NCBI GenBank assembly: GCA_964270895.1
Contig: OZ185445.1
Source of the DNA: Podarcis filfolensis
Taxonomy: Eukaryota
Length of the DNA: 64,000 nucleotides
Strand: one strand, 5' to 3'
The notes under the pieces were generated by a model, which was not told the DNA's origin, did not search any database, and saw nothing but the letters and a program-made list of their open reading frames with translations. This document shows positions 1-15,600 of this stretch, in pieces; the first letter of the stretch is position 1; each line of letters opens with the position of its first letter. The position numbers and the translations under genes were made by a program.

Positions 1-572
1 GTTTTGTGATGCAGTCATATGGACAGGGCATTTATCTCTGAACTAAACTAATGTGTGCAATATTGTAAGGTCCTACTCAGCAACAAATATTGCAAAGGGG
101 CCAAAGGCATGAGTTGAGTGACAGCTGAAGGAACATTCTTGCTGACAAACACTGTAAGAATCAAGTGGTTTTTCTACAACTGCCTCCTTGACTTGAGGAG
201 CAAGAGAATTTTTGACAGATCCTTTCACTTAATTTTTGCGACTTTCTCACATTCAAGCCAGCTGCTAACTAACAGACACCTCTACCTTTATTTGTTGCCC
301 ATGCTACAGAATAGCTTAAAGAGCCCTCTGCCTGTTACTGTTCTGATACAGAAGGGCATGGCTAATAAAGATATATCCTTGGGATCAGAGGCAGTACGTT
401 GGTCAGATAGTAAACGTCTGGAAGCCAGATGCCCCTGAGCCTTCAGTTGCCTAGCTTTATTCTGAATTTGGGTTTTAGACCATCCAAATGTAGGGAAATT
501 TAGTTCAGTCTTGTTCATCTCATGTTCCAAAACAGAGTTACTTTGTTCTTATTCATTGCTTTGCTTCCCTAG

Positions 573-674
573 GCCTTATTTGCAACTGAGACTTTTGCTA
601 TGGGAATAAACATGCCGGCAAGAACAGTGCTGTTCACAAGTGCCCGAAAGTTTGATGGGAAGGATTTCCGATGG
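573..674 (+). CDS. MTREX: MTREX exon (helicase motif V region: [34 protein letters not shown])
   Basis: AG at 571-572, GTAAGC at 675; 102 nt, phase 0/0. Confidence 0.97.
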
Positions 675-3600
675 GTAAGCAGATACAACAAGCTGGATAA
701 GCAAGATGCTGCAACACACAGTTGAAGTCACTTAAGTTTATGACCCATCAGTCTGAGTACAGAAAGCTGCCATTAGCATTCTGAGCTTAATTTCAGGGTT
801 TCCTTTGTTGCTGCTTCTAAAGACATTGTCTCCAAACATTTACATATTGTTGCTTGGATTTTGCCTTCTGTTTATTTTTTTATACACACGCTTTGTTTCA
901 CCAGTTCTTTGTTACTTCGCAAACCTTAAGACTGCTGCTTCAGTTTTCTGTTGTTTTCTCCCTTCTCTCTGTTAGTAACCTTACTTTTGGAATACTGAAA
1001 TACTGTTGGCGCAGTCACTTCCTATATGCAAAAAATGCTTAAAAATATAGCTTCTTACTCAGCCTTTGTATCCCCTCCTCCTGCCTCATCCCTCATGTAC
1101 CTTCCCTCCCATTTGGACTGAGAGCCTTGACTTCTTTTTGCACGTATGCCTATTTGTCTAATTTTGTTATTCTTTCAGATCACCTCAGGTGAATATATTC
1201 AGATGTCTGGTCGTGCCGGACGTCGAGGCATGGATGATAGGGGAATAGTTATTCTGATGGTGGATGAAAAGATGAGCCCAACAATTGGAAAACAACTTCT
1301 TAAGGTATCTTGATCTCTGACAAGAATATTGCTAAAGATGTATAAAGAGCATAATGTGAAGTACTGCATTTCCCCTGTCCTTTGAATCCATGAGGTGCAT
1401 TGCTTCTAAAGGCTTCGTGGCAGTGAGCACAGAAGGGGGTGGTTATGGGGGTAATTCCAAATTTGAACTACCGTATTTTTCCATGTATAAGACTAGGTTT
1501 TCCCCCTTAAAAATAATGTCCAATATTTGGGGGCATCTTATACATGGGGGCCATCTCCCCCCATTTTCTTAAATCGGAGTCCCCAAAATAGGGGGCATCT
1601 TATACATGGGGGCATCTTATAGACTGAAAAATACGGTACATTAAGTAAAATTGAGCAAGTTGTATGTGTATGCTGGTTTAGATAGCAAACTGTATTAAGG
1701 GCCAATACTTTATCCTATAGTACAACAAACGTTTATGGTTAATCTTAGTTGTGGCTAATGTATTCCAGATTGGGGGAAACAGAGCAGTATTATCTTACTT
1801 CCATTCAATTAACAGACTGTTTCAAGAAAGGTCAGCTGGAAAGCTTAATTTGCAATGCAGGTTTGAGTCCTAAGAAGTTTGGCAAAATGAAAGAAAGCCT
1901 GGATCTCTAAATTGCTCATTTTATAGACTGGGATCCCAAGAGGCCTGTGCCCGCCTGCCTGCAAAGCGTTTCCATGAAGGGTGGGAGATCCTGCTTTTCA
2001 GAAGGCCATGGTGCTTCGTGCCTCATTGAATAGTTCTCCCAAAAGTCCCCCCTAAGCTTGAGGAGTGATTTTTCAGGGGACACAAGTACGAAGAGCAGTC
2101 CTGAAGAGCTCTAGTACACATGCAGATGTCTGTACACTGCCTTGACTCCATGCTGTAATTGGTAAACCTTCCCATGGTTGGTTTTGTTTTTTGCAGGCTT
2201 TTCATTTGTAGCAGCTTAGTTTTATAAAATGACAATTAATTTGGAAATACAATTTACCTAGGCTGGAATCCTGAACATGTGTCTTTTTAATCTGTTGAAA
2301 CCTGTGGGAGTTGAACATGATTCTGTGACCTCTTTGGCTCACAGCTAGTGGCACTTCCCACGCTTCGGTCTGCCAGATGCTCCCTCTTAAATAACTGGCT
2401 GCCCTTGTGAAGAACGCTGTGGATACTTCATGACAAAAGCACCTCTCAAACACAGGGTTACTAACCAGTTGTGAAACTACATATCTCACCGCCCTTGCTA
2501 TTGGCTATTCTGGCAGTGGCTGGAGGGAGTTGGGAGTCCCACATCATCAGGAGGTTCACAGGTTAGCCACCCCTGCTGCTCTGTTGTATTCATTCCCATT
2601 CAGTTTTCCTTCATGTTATTTCTTACTGGAGGAGCCTATATTTTACAGTCGACCCCCAAAGCTAATCTCTTGTTGGAAATCGTCTCCTGATCTCTGTGTT
2701 TATGACAAGACAGAGACACAAACCTTCAAGCTGCTGCCAGTGGAATCTGTCCAGCTGTGTAGAGCCCATGTGTAAACATCAGCTGAACACACAGACTTAA
2801 TTGCAGGCTTGTCTGGTTTTGCATCAAGCTCATTCGCATATGTTTCCAAGCATCTCCATGTGTGGGCAGGCTTTGAAAACTTAACTGACCTCAGTTTGCC
2901 AAGGGATGTGACCTGCCAGCCCAGAGCCTGGCATGGATGAATAGCCAGGGCAGTTCAGCAGCAGTCAGTATGTTCAATGCTTTGCTACTCAATTCAAACC
3001 CATTTTTAAACGTTTGTTCCAGGCAGGCTTATTTTACATTAGGCTTAAATCTACCAGGCAGCATATCACGGACTTGCATTTCAGGAAACTACAGTATCAC
3101 GTCCTTAAATCTGTATGTACCGGTAGTTCCTCTATCTAGTAGAATTACATGCATTCTGACAATGGTATCTTATAGGTTGTTTTTCTTACCAAATTTTTAC
3201 AATTATTTGCAATCAGGGTTGCCCCTAAAGAAACACATCAGGCAGTGTTGTTCACCTCAGACAGAAGAAGTTACAGCAGTTATTCAGTCCTTCTAGAACA
3301 GTGGTGGCAAAGGGTGGGCTGGATCTGCCATACTCCCCCCCCCCCCAATTTTGCTAATCGCAGTGGAATTGGCTGAGGTGCTAGAACCAGCATTACTAGA
3401 GCTGCTACCATTTGCACCTTCTGGGAAACAGCACCGAAAGAGGTTGCATCTGCCTTCTCTTACACACAAGCTGCAGTTAGGTGGTGTTGTGGTGATAACC
3501 AGCCGTTCCTGTAAGAGTTTGGAAGTAAAAGAGGGAGGGTGGGTAATAAATGCAGTTCTGGGCTTCAGAACAGTGACAACACTGTGCCCAGAGAACTTAC

Positions 3601-6600
3601 GTCTGAGTAGGCCTGCTTAAGTGCACACATGTCCTTATGTCCTCTTCCACATTGAGGACTAGGACTGGGAGGCGGATGAAGCACATGTTGGCTCCAAGTC
3701 TTATAGAGAAGGTGGCTGCAGTGGGAGGAAATGTCTGGAACGCAGCACATGTGAGCAGTGGTGCCAGGGAACTTGAGGGGTGGCTATGCCAGCATCTGGT
3801 TTCCTGGGGTTTCTTCAGTATCTTCCCTGTATCCAAGCACTTCACATTACTCTCTTCCTGCTCATCAGATGCTAGGGTTGTGTGTGTTTGGAGTGGGTGA
3901 TTTTCAGGGTGCAGAGGTTTCGACCATTGCCCAGCATCATGATGAGGACAAAGCAAATGGTCTGCTCATCAGGTCAGTCATGTGGTGAGTGGAGAGGGGG
4001 CAATAACCTCTCTGCCTCCATGTCAGAAGCTCTGCCTCCCCACTCAGAGGCAGTACGCTTCTGAATGCTAGTTGCTGGAAGCCACAGAAGGGGGGAGTGC
4101 TCTTGTGTTTGGACCCTGGTTGCAGGTTTGCCACAGGCATCTGGTTGGCCATTGTGAGATCTGGATGGCCCATTGGCCTGATCCAGCAGGCTCTTCTCAC
4201 ATGTCCCTGTGTACTATTCATACTCGGTTTTAATTGTATTTTATTGCTTCTTTTATTTATTACTGTATTTGAATTCCATCTGTCTTTTAAAAAGCACTGT
4301 AGCTTTTAGCACAGTTCATTACAGTTGCTGAACAACAGGCAGAATTAAGTTCCCTAGCAATTTTCAAGTGGTCAGTGGGGAGGAGGTTTGGTGTTCCTGA
4401 GCAATTCACTCTTCCCCTGAAAATTTAAAGCCCAGCAGCGAAATACAGGGATTCCTGTAAAGAAGAAGAAGAAACAGACCATGCAAGATAGACGTTGGTC
4501 CACCCTGTGTCATATAGTTTGAAGCCTGCATAGCTATGTTTGATGTGCTTTTCCATCTCTGGAAAATGTTGAGCTGTTAGTATTTCCCCTTTTTCTTTGC
4601 CCACTCTGCAGGTGCCAGATTGCTTTATTGCCCAAATTAAGTTACTTGGCAACTGCTTTGTGTTTGCCAAATTGGTCATAGTGCAGTATTTTATGGTGTG
4701 CTTTTCAGTTAAAAAAAGGAAAACAAAACTGGGTGGGAAGGATTTTAAAGTAAAAGTGTTAGTTAAATGTTTATTATTTTAGCCATTAAGGCCATAACAA
4801 CAAGTAGTGTGTGCGAAAATGGGAAACTTCCTAGGAAGCTGTCATCAGGTTGGGGTGTAATGCAGTATGCACACATTGAATAAAACACATCTCACAGCCC
4901 TGAATTCAAGTCTTTATTTTTCTTCCTTCACTGACAGGTTCCTTGAAGTCACAAACTACACTTGGCAATCTGATTCTATCCATCTCCTGCAATTTGCAAT
5001 AACCTTTTGTAATTGGCATCCTACAACCATACAAAGGGGGTGGGACAAGTGTTTTGATATAACTTTGGGCCAGTTCAGTCCTTATGGTAAACCTCCTGGT
5101 TTATCATGACAGAAACAAGTTGCAATGAGCCTTTGTGTCACCTGCCCGCAGCACAGTTGTGAGGAGAAGCTTTTGCTTCCATTTTTTATTAACTGCAATT
5201 TAGTGTTATATTTCAACCTTGGTTAATCTTGGCTATGGTTTGTTTCAAACAAACCAACTTCATAACCCATGAAATGAAACAAGTTGGACTTGTTTCAAAC
5301 AAACCATAGTGACGTTTAACCACAGTTTTATGAGGTTGGAATGATTTCCATCTCATATCCACCCCAGAGGGAAGGAGTAAATACACAAACTTGAGGCTTC
5401 TTCCACCTCAGTCCCAACACAGCCACCCTTGACTTATGCCGTGAACCAGCTTTGTCTTTTGTTGAGTACCAGCAAATCTTTGACGTATGGTCCAACCTTC
5501 GTTGAATAGTTGGAGTATAGGACTGTGGGGATATAGGTTCAGATATCCTTGCTTGGCAATGGTGCTAGGTGACTTTGAGCCAGCCCTATACTCTCATTGT
5601 AAAGTACGTCATAGGCCTGCTATGAGGATAGACAGAAGAGAGAACAATGTGAACGTCTTGAGTGCCTTGAGGAAACATGGGATTTAATAAATAAATTGCC
5701 TCAAAATAAACACCCTTCTTAGAGCATTACAAAATAACTAGCTGACGGTGATTGGTATTCCATTCTACATCAATGGGAAGGTCTTTCACCCTCAAGGAAG
5801 AAAAGAACGACTTTTACCAATATTAAGCTGAGAGCTATCATAGACCCTCATCTTCTCCCCTCTTTCCAATGTGTGCTTAAGTTCATTGTTTCTATCATGG
5901 TTTGTTTAAACCACAGTTTCCCGTTAGTTCCAAATGTGTGAACTGTACTGTAATCTTGGTTTCTTAACTAGGATGTGAAACGACCATTTCTGCAGTACCA
6001 GACTTACAATTGGGAAGTTACAGATAACACAGAAAGGTCAAACTAGCTTATTGCATGCAAGACAGTGCAAGCAATGATAAAAGACCATTTCAGCAGCTCA
6101 GTACCCTGGGGCAGTTGAAGTTTGTAAGGGGATAGCTCTTCCCAGGCCTCTTTTGCTGATCACACCTGAGGAGCAGTGGGTTAAAGAACCCTTTGCCTGT
6201 GTCGGGGGTGGAGCCAATATTGCTAGCTCTTCCACACTTGATCCATTTACAATATGTCTCTTGGTAAAAATAATGCTGAGCAGAAGCTCACAATTTCTCC
6301 TTGTGACAGCAGCTTTCCATCATAAGGACTGGTTAGCTTCTCTGTACAGCTGCCATTATTGGAAGCAGAAATAAGCTTAATGTTTGCTCCTTCAAATCAA
6401 AAGTTGTTCTGAACCGGTCATTCATAATCTATAATAGCTGCTAAATTAGCCTTAACCTAGCTACTCAGATTTTCTTTTTATACTAATATAGCAAGCGTCT
6501 GTCATTGGTGGGTTAATTTTTAAATTTGTTTTGTTTTTTAAATCTTCCCTGGTTCGTAATCCTACATTCTTCTATTTTGTTGTCTCCTCCCTGTCTTCAA

Positions 6601-9600
6601 AAAATGAATACAGTCACTTAAAGTTGAAGCTATACATTCAACCTTTGCATTGTGTGTTTTTTTTAATTTCCTTAGAGATTATCCAGATTATTTATAATGG
6701 TTCCTTTCTGTTCTTTTAGTTGGATACATATCAAATATTTAAGTTGATATTTTAAGAGGGTGGAATCATAATTAAATAATGCAAGTGAAAAACTGAGTTC
6801 ATATGTAGTTTTCTCTTTGTATGAGTTAGGATGACATTCTTACTTTTTGTGAGACTTTTCTCAGCTTTTCTTAGATGGATTGACATGATCTCTCAAGTGC
6901 GAAAGGAACACTGCAGCCATAGGCCCTAGTCCAGTAACTTTTCTTTGCACGTGAATTTCTCCCATTTCTGGGAATGGCAGCTGCTCCATAGGCAACACAC
7001 TCCCTGCCATTCCCAGGTAAGCATTACAGAGATCCACTAGGTTTGTCTGTCTCTCTGTAAGGCTTACCTTGAAATACCATCCTGGAACACTTGCATGATT
7101 CTTGCAATATATAAATTGCATGTGAACGTACCATAAAGAATAATTTGGGAATTTGAAATGTCAGGCTTCCATTTGTATTCCCAAGATAAAATGTTTTAAA
7201 CATGAATGCTGCCTGCTTTTGCTCATCTTATTTCTCTATTTTAGGGATCTGCTGACCCTCTAAACAGTGCTTTCCATTTGACATACAACATGGTATTAAA
7301 TTTGCTGCGTGTGGAAGAAATTAACCCGGAATACATGTTAGAGAAATCTTTTTACCAATTCCAACATTACAGAGCTATTCCAGGAGTAGTTGAAAGTAAG
7401 TTATGTGAAATACTTAATTGTTTCATCAATTTGCCGACCGTGATTTATATTCCATGGGCTTACCTGCACAGTATTCGCCACAGAGCCAGTTGACCTGTTT
7501 CTAATGAATATGAACTTAGTTGACAAGAACCATTATTCGCCCCAGTTGCCAGGATCCTAGAAGCTTGGGAATGTTTCGTGGATTTTTCTGTCTTATTTTC
7601 TTTTAGTAACAGGTGCCCATGCCAAATCATAAGCTGCTTTTGCGAGTGACCTCCCTTCCAAAAGGAATTTGCCATCTTGCGTCTGGAGTGGGTGGAGGCA
7701 GGAGGTTGTTGTTGAAAGAACACAAGCCCAAAGTCTCCTTGGATATACAGGACTCATTGCCTGCTTGTCAGATCCCCAGCCACTGAGTATAGCTGAACGA
7801 AGGTTTCAGATGTTCAAATCTTGTAACAAACCAAGTGCTGAATGCTGCCAATGCAGCTTTCTGACAAGCATCCCTATACAGTGCATCTGTTTGCTGGCAC
7901 AATTCTGTTGCATTCACACTTTGTGTATTATATTTTCTAGCATATCTTGAGTGTGCACTTAAATTGTAAAGAAGTCCTTGGAAGTCAGCATCGAATATTC
8001 TCCAACAAAATAATTGTTAATAGTAAGCCAGTGCCCTTCTCTGCATAGGTGCAACACCCAGAGGCAGCCTCATAGAGGATAGAAGAATGCTCTTTCACTG
8101 CCCCCCCCCAGTAGCCATGCTGGCACTGCACCAGGTTATTCCCTGTAACACCCTGGGGTGTTGAGCGCCCCTGCCAGGATGAGGAAGGAAATGGAGGGGA
8201 AACGAGAGGCTCTGGGGGGGATTCTTCTACATATGGATAGTGTGTTTCCTTGAGGAATACTCTTGCCATGGTTTGCTACAATATTGTGCGCTTCATATAA
8301 TCTGTTTGTTTTACAATATTTATTTGCAGAGGTCAGTAAGTTGGAACAGCAGTACAATGAGATTGAAATTCCAAATGAGGAAAATGTGGTCATTTACTAT
8401 AAAATCAGACAACAGCTGGCTAAACTGGGTAAAGAAATAGAAGAGTATATTCACAAGCCAAAGTACTGCTTGCCCTTTTTACAGCCAGGGAGGCTGGTAA
8501 AAGTAAGTTGTTTCCCTCCCCCACTTCTATATTTTTTGTAATGTGCATTATTCTGCTAAAGTAGAAACACAAGCATTTTACCATCCAGTTCTTCTACGAG
8601 GCTCCTATGCCATCATAATGTTGGGGTTTTGCACCTGTGGGTCTTAACACTCCATTAATGAGATGCACAAGGTACATTTATTAACAGTAAGTAATAGTAA
8701 TAACTACTATATAATGAAACATTTCAGAAACAGTGCAGCATAATAAAATTATTAATAATATCAAAACATGTCATCATACCGAGAAAAATATCCACAGAAA
8801 AGAAGAGGTATCTCCGAAGTTCACATTGTAAATTTTGTATTTATTTGTGTTTTGTTTTGTTCTGTTCTGGTTTTATCTAGAGTTTCCTCCCCCCTCCCTC
8901 ATTCATATAAATTGTATGTTTTGTTAGGAGTATGTTTCTGAGAGTTTTGCTTTATGTGTGGTATTTGCTTTATCTGTTTGTTTCAGGACATTTAGCATGA
9001 TTAGGAAAAAAATATTATTTATAAATCTTAGTTCGTCATTTCCCCCCTGAAATTGGAAAAGTCAATTCTAGTCTTGTTTATAAAGAAATACCTTCCTACT
9101 GTCACCCATGCACAGCTAGCTCCATTAGGGGTCATATTGCTGCCTCTCTAATACTAGGCATTGCACTACATAGGAGATTAATGTGATATATCTTGAGAAG
9201 TGATAATGAAATGATCCCACCCAACTGCGCACTATTTGTGGGATTATCCTACCCCTCCACAGCCAAATGGGTTGTGGGGCAGAGATAAGAAACAGGGAAA
9301 GCCCTGTTGCAGTAGCTGACTTGCACTAACAGGACTGGTTACTTGAATCCAGCCCAAATGACCAGCATATTGCTGTTTGGCAGCTGTTTACACATGTAGC
9401 TGTTACATTTATTGATTGTTAATTTTCTTGGCTTGGATCCACATTTGCCACCCCACAGACAGAAGGGCTTCTGCTGGAGCGGGGAGAGGGGTGGGCATGT
9501 GCAATTTTCACTGGTTTCTCAGCTGTCCTTGAAGTGAACAATATAATTACCAGCTTTCTTTCCAAATTCACTTCTGGACTTGGTGATCGTTTGCAACCGT

Positions 9601-12600
9601 CTGTATTACAAATGATGTAATTTCCCTTAAGGTCAGAATATGTTATAAATTATTGTTTCAGATGCAGCTTTATATACAAGCTTGATTTTGATTTTAGGTG
9701 AAAAATGAAGATGATGACTTTGGCTGGGGCGTGGTGGTGAACTTCTCCAAGAAATCAAATGTGAAGGTAAAACAATATCCGATGGCCTTTTCTTCCACTG
9801 GTAGATAAATATATACCTGACTGGAAAAAAGCCATATTTTAAAATGACACTTCAGAGTTCATAACTAATATGCTACCATCTGCTCAAGGAATCCTGTATT
9901 TCCCTGTGCTTTTTTTTATTGCCAGTATTAGAACAACTTTTCATATTTAGATGCCATGTAAACTCTTTGTTACTTTAAAATAGGAATAATGTCCTCAGAT
10001 TTCCCAGCGCTGCCTACTCTCACTTGCTGTTTTGATTAATTTTTAAGATACTGATGGGACCCAGATAATTTGGATATTTTTTTTAAATGGTGACAGGCTA
10101 ACTTTGTATTGTTATTTTAACTTGCATCTTTCTCTTTTCCCCTGTGTAATGCACGCTGTATGTTACCAGCAGAATTTAAAAAAGACTCCCTTTTGGAGTT
10201 TTCTGCATGACATACTTGGCTACCTGTTTTAAAGTGCAGCCAGTACTGATGATGTAACCGGGTATTGGTTGTTTTGTGTGCCCTTAGAGTATTTTATGCA
10301 TATGTCAGCCTGTTCCAAGTTTGAGTAAACAGCACATGTTTTAACATGTTGGCTTAAAGCTGCTTTTCCACATATGGGTTGCATTTTCAAATGCAGTTCA
10401 GATGACACAAGTAAACAGAGCTCTTTAAACCAAAATTAAAACAGCTGCTGTAAATATCTTTTGTACGAACTAGGATGGTATTATCCACAACTGTCTTTAT
10501 GAATAAATACTTTGATTATTGGGTAATCTAATAGTGGAACAAATCATGTGTTTCTGTTTACAACTGGCCGTTTTAAAGCTATCTGTGATACAGTGTGAAA
10601 TTCTTCCAATGTCTTCTGATAGTCCTCTTCACATGCTATGCCCTGTCAAGCAAAGCCTCTTTTCTTTTCTCAAAAGGAAGTGAGACGCAAATATCCATAG
10701 CATGCCGTGTGATGAGGTGAGGTGTTTCACTTCTTGCCCTCTGATTTGATCCTTTGCCAGCAGGCTTTTGCTGTATCTGTCTTTTATATATAAATACTTG
10801 AAACGCAGCCATTGGCAACTAAATTGTGGTCTAGGTGAGCAACAGTAACCACAGATCCCTTTCTGGCAAATACCGGCCCTTGGGTGCCCTCCCAGCATAA
10901 AGTGAAATTCCCCGCCTCTTCCAAGTTTTCTTTGCATCTGGGAGAACTCTGAATTGGCTTCACACTGTGCTGGTTGGGACTTGAGAGAGACAACAGTTGC
11001 CCATCTCTCAAGTTCTTAGGCTTAGAACTTGGCGGAAGGAGGAGGTCTTCCAAGAACCTCATGAGTGCCTCAAAATCAGTGTGGGAAGAGAGGCCAGGTC
11101 CTCTCTTGAGCCTTCTGCACATGCCAGTCAATATGGGGGGGGGGGCGGGGAAGCAAAAATCAGCAATTACCACAAATAATAGTTGGCCCAAATCTACAAC
11201 TCAGGTCACTTTAGGAGAAGCAGCAATATTGCTACATATTAAGCTTGCTAAAACAATCTGCTTTACTGGATTTTGTCCTTCCTTATCCATAATTTTTGTT
11301 AGAAGTTAAGCAGTTTTGTATATTTAGAAACTCCTGGATGGGTAATATTTAGACCTGGTGATTTGTCAGTTTTAGGTTTGTCAATAAGGCTCTAGCTCTA
11401 GAACTTTAGCTCTTGTCACAAACTGCTATCCTCATTTCTTCAGATTCCCTTCTTGGGAAAAAACATTTTGGCACTTATATAATTTGCCCTCCATTTCCGC
11501 AGTGAAGAAGGATGCAAATAATTCATTAAGCTTTTATATGTTTTATGAAGGAAACCTTCTTGCCTCTAAGAGGTTCTTTGACTCTGTTCTTTAACTATGC
11601 TAGTATCCTTTTATACCATTTCATAATCTTCAATATACTAACTGAGCTTCTGTTGTGATTTTGAAAAATCCTCAAGCTTTCTGGAGTTTTGACCCTCTTC
11701 AGATTTCCTGTCAAATTATGGCAGAGAGCCATAGACTGAGTGATCTGTGTAGCTATGGATCGAAAGAGGCTCGCAAGCAAAAGCTAATAATTCTTAACGA
11801 CCTGCCATAACATAGATTGACTTCATTTGATCAAGAACCTTATAGTCCACCTCAGCCAAGGAGTTATTGTGGATTTATATCAATATTCTCAGGTTTATGT
11901 AGAATAATAACATCATGTGGAGCTATATAGAACTTAACTAATGGAAACATTCTTGTTTCTCACGCTTCTTTTACTCGTGTTAAAGAATAACTCCTTATTC
12001 ATACTAACTTGGTTTCTTACTACCACTGTAGCCTAACTCCGGTGAGTTGGACCCACTCTATGTTGCTGAAGTCCTCCTGCACTGCAGCAAAGAAAGCTTA
12101 AAAAATTCTGCAACTGAAGCTGCAAAACCAGCAAAACCCGATGAAAAAGGGGAGATGCAGGTGAGATTTCCGCCCATAAAGTAATTAAAACAACAATTGT
12201 ATGGCTTTTCACTTTTTGAAATATGGCAACCCTAAGTATGGAAGAAAAGGATAGACATACATTGATAATAATAAGTAGGTCCCATGTCACTGCCTGGGGA
12301 TAAGTGTGGTCTCAAATGTTTGCTGAAGAGTGGTTTGCTTCTCAGTGGAAATCACAGAAGTGGTTTTGATGTAAAAGATGGTGCAGTGGTCTATGGGTTG
12401 TGAAAGTCTAACTCGATGAAATTGCATCTTGCAGCATTCCCTGTTGGGTAGATGGGTGATCAAGTTATTCACATAGCTATAAGGAGCATCCCTAAAGTAG
12501 GAAGGAATAAATGTGTACAATAAATGCAATAGGTGTACAACCAAATGGAAAAAGATTAAGATAAACCCAGCTATTATCCACGAGGGTTGAGCTGCTCAGC

Positions 12601-15600
12601 CTGCTCTGAAAATATCCCAGCCGTCTTTCTAAAGAATGGCCCAAGGCCATGTGCAGTAAGTAGTAGACGTTAAAACAATGCTATAAAACAGCACAAAAAT
12701 GTTGACAGACTCTTCTGATTCCAAATTCAGTCCCCCAACCCTCCAAGAGGCAGTTGGTAACTAGATTTGAGTTGATCATACAGTTCTGCAATGTAATGCA
12801 TTGGTTTTTGTTTGGGATTTTAAAAACCCCCAAATAACTCCCTCCCCCCCAATCTTATATGCAATTCCTTGCCTGGCTAATAATACATTTAGCCAAGAAG
12901 GAATGAAAAACTGTTGCATTTTCATTTATTATTATTTTTCCATCATTTGGGGTTAACTTTCAAATGTACATAGCTATATTCACAAGTGATTTGTAAAAAC
13001 GGGAAATGGCCTATAATTTATAGTCTGTATATTTTATCCCAAGACTTAGAAATATCGCATGAACTATTAGGTAGCTAGATGGATTCTTTTACATCCTTCC
13101 TTTTTCTGTGCCTTAACCATTCTCTGACAGCATAACAGTGAGTTTACATAGAACAGAGGATGCATAACAGTGATTTAGAACTCTTTGGCTAAAGCAACCA
13201 TAGCAAAGTTACTTCAACCCCCCATCTCCCCCTGCCCTGAAAAAAAAAGATAATTCAAGCTTATAGCAGGCTTCAGTGGTAAATCCCAAGATCTGCCCCT
13301 TAATATTCTGTTGACTTTAAAAAAAAAAAAATTAGACGGGCTCTGAGAGTCTGTTAAACTATTTGTTGGCTTGACAGGAGAAAAGTTCCCTTTTTCATGC
13401 ACCCATTAAACATTAAAGACATTTTCCCTTCACTTCATTCCAACACAGAGTTGACAATTTATTTTGTGGACTTTAAGAAGAAGAAAAAAGTGCCTTTGCC
13501 ATAATGAAACTATTCCAGTTGGCTCCAAGCTAGGCACATTCTGTCACTGAGCATTGTTAGAAGATAATTGTAGTGACTCCATTTGGGTCAGTTGGAGACG
13601 TTCTCCTGTCAGGCAGAGTTGTAAATATAAAATCATCATTTTCCAATATATCTTAAAACAGAATTTATTATTTTTGGAGCTTGCCTCTCCCCCTCCCCTC
13701 TTCAGGAAAACTACTTGTGAAGCTAATTGAACAGACTACGTAGGAAATCAATGCTCAAATGAATGCTGTAGTTCTTAACACATGCAATAGGCACTATTTA
13801 AATGCACATGTGTAGCATGATCTTTGAAAACTCTACGTGTAGAGAAGTCTAGGCTATGCTCAATGTATGCTGTGCACAAAACAATATAACCGCTTAGCAA
13901 TCTGAGATTAATGTGCATTTTTAGTTCATCCATCACCATATGTTTTAATAGGTTGTTCCTGTTTTGGTGCATCTTCTGTCAGCAATCAGCAGTGTTCGCC
14001 TATATATACCCAAAGACCTGAGGCCTCTTGATAACAGGCAGAGCGTACTGAAGTCAATACAGGTACTATAACTTTGAAAAGCTGAAACTGCATAGCACTT
14101 CTTTTCCAAAAACAAAGTACTTCACATTCATGATCTAGTTGTTACCCTTATTGTAAGATAAGTCAGTGTTGTTATTGCCCATATCAGATACCTAAGACCA
14201 CTATAAGTTAATGGCACAGGTGAGATTCGAACTCAATCGTTCATTATTTGTAGCCCAGTCTGTTAACCAATACATGATATCAACTCTCAGAGATCTGAAA
14301 GCATCTTCTTTATGCCATGATGCAATAGAGACCATACTTTTAAACACTTAAAAAAAAGCACCAGATCCTAACATTTGCTTTTATCTGTCTTTTCTTTTAA
14401 GGAAGTGCAGAAACGGTTCCCTGACGGTGTTCCTTTGCTGGATCCTATTGATGACATGGGCATTAAAGATCCAGGTCTGAAGAAAGTAATCCAAAAAATA
14501 GAAGCCTTTGAGCACAGGATGTATTCTCACCCACTTCACAATGATTCTAATTTGGAAACTGTGTACAAACTTTGTGAGAGAAAAGCACAGGTAAGGAAAA
14601 GCTTTTCAAGTGCATCTTATTTTGGAGGGACAATAATTGGGTGATAAGAGTACCCATTTTGCATACAGGTGATCCCAGATTCAATCCCCAGCATCTCCAG
14701 TTTATAAAAGGTGGTGGGTGAAGAGAGAGACATCTGGCCAATCTGCTGACAGGTAGTAGATAATATTGCACTAGGTGGTCAAAGAATCTGTCCTCGTTAT
14801 CGGTCCTGTCAATTATTCCATTAGCCTTAAAGCAATGGGCCACATAAGTACACAGGTAAATTGGTGGTAGTTCCAGATAATTTGAGGAAGGAATATCTCT
14901 CAGAAACACATTGCTGAAGCACTTTTGGAAATGGTAGATTTTCCTTTCATACCCAGAAGCTCAAGGCAGATTCACTGTGTAGTCTTACTCTAAAACGAGA
15001 GCAAAACATATGCATCTCATCTAATATGAAGGGTGCTCACATGTCTACACCACGACTTTTTCCTTCAAAATGCTTGCAGGCAGGGCGATGCCACCTCTGA
15101 GTAACATTAAAAGCAAAAGACACAATTTATGTCTGTGTGTATGTTTGTTAATTACAAGCATGTATGTGAATATTGCATTTGAGTACAAGAACCAGTTGTA
15201 TAAACATTATCGTAAGAGCTGCTCTGAGAAATTGCTGTATTTGATATTCTTCCAGATCAGATTGGCATAAAGAATTGGGAAGGCTTAGGGTTTTTGGGCT
15301 GGTGGTGACTGTTTTTTCACTTTCCCACAAGGCCCACGACTTGGCTCTTGTCCTTGATGGAAGTGTGTCTGCAGGCATCTTGGTATAGTGCCTCATGTGG
15401 TCTGGATAGTGTCAATTAGTCTTTACAGGGCTAAGAATTCCCGCTGGGTTTGTTTGGTTTTTTCTCAAATCGTAGTCTTATACTTGAGCATACATCTCTT
15501 GCTCCATCCCATCAGAATTGAGAGAGGGGGTCGGGTGGACCAGTGCTTAGAAGCAGTGATGTGCTGGTTGTGAGCCAATAAGTAGAAGCTGAATCCTGTT

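Noticed and set aside
1305-7244. Donor GTATCTT resembling the U12 5' splice site
   Set aside because: It deviates from RTATCCTT and there is no convincing TCCTTAAC branch point 10-20 nt before the acceptor. Treated as a U2 intron.
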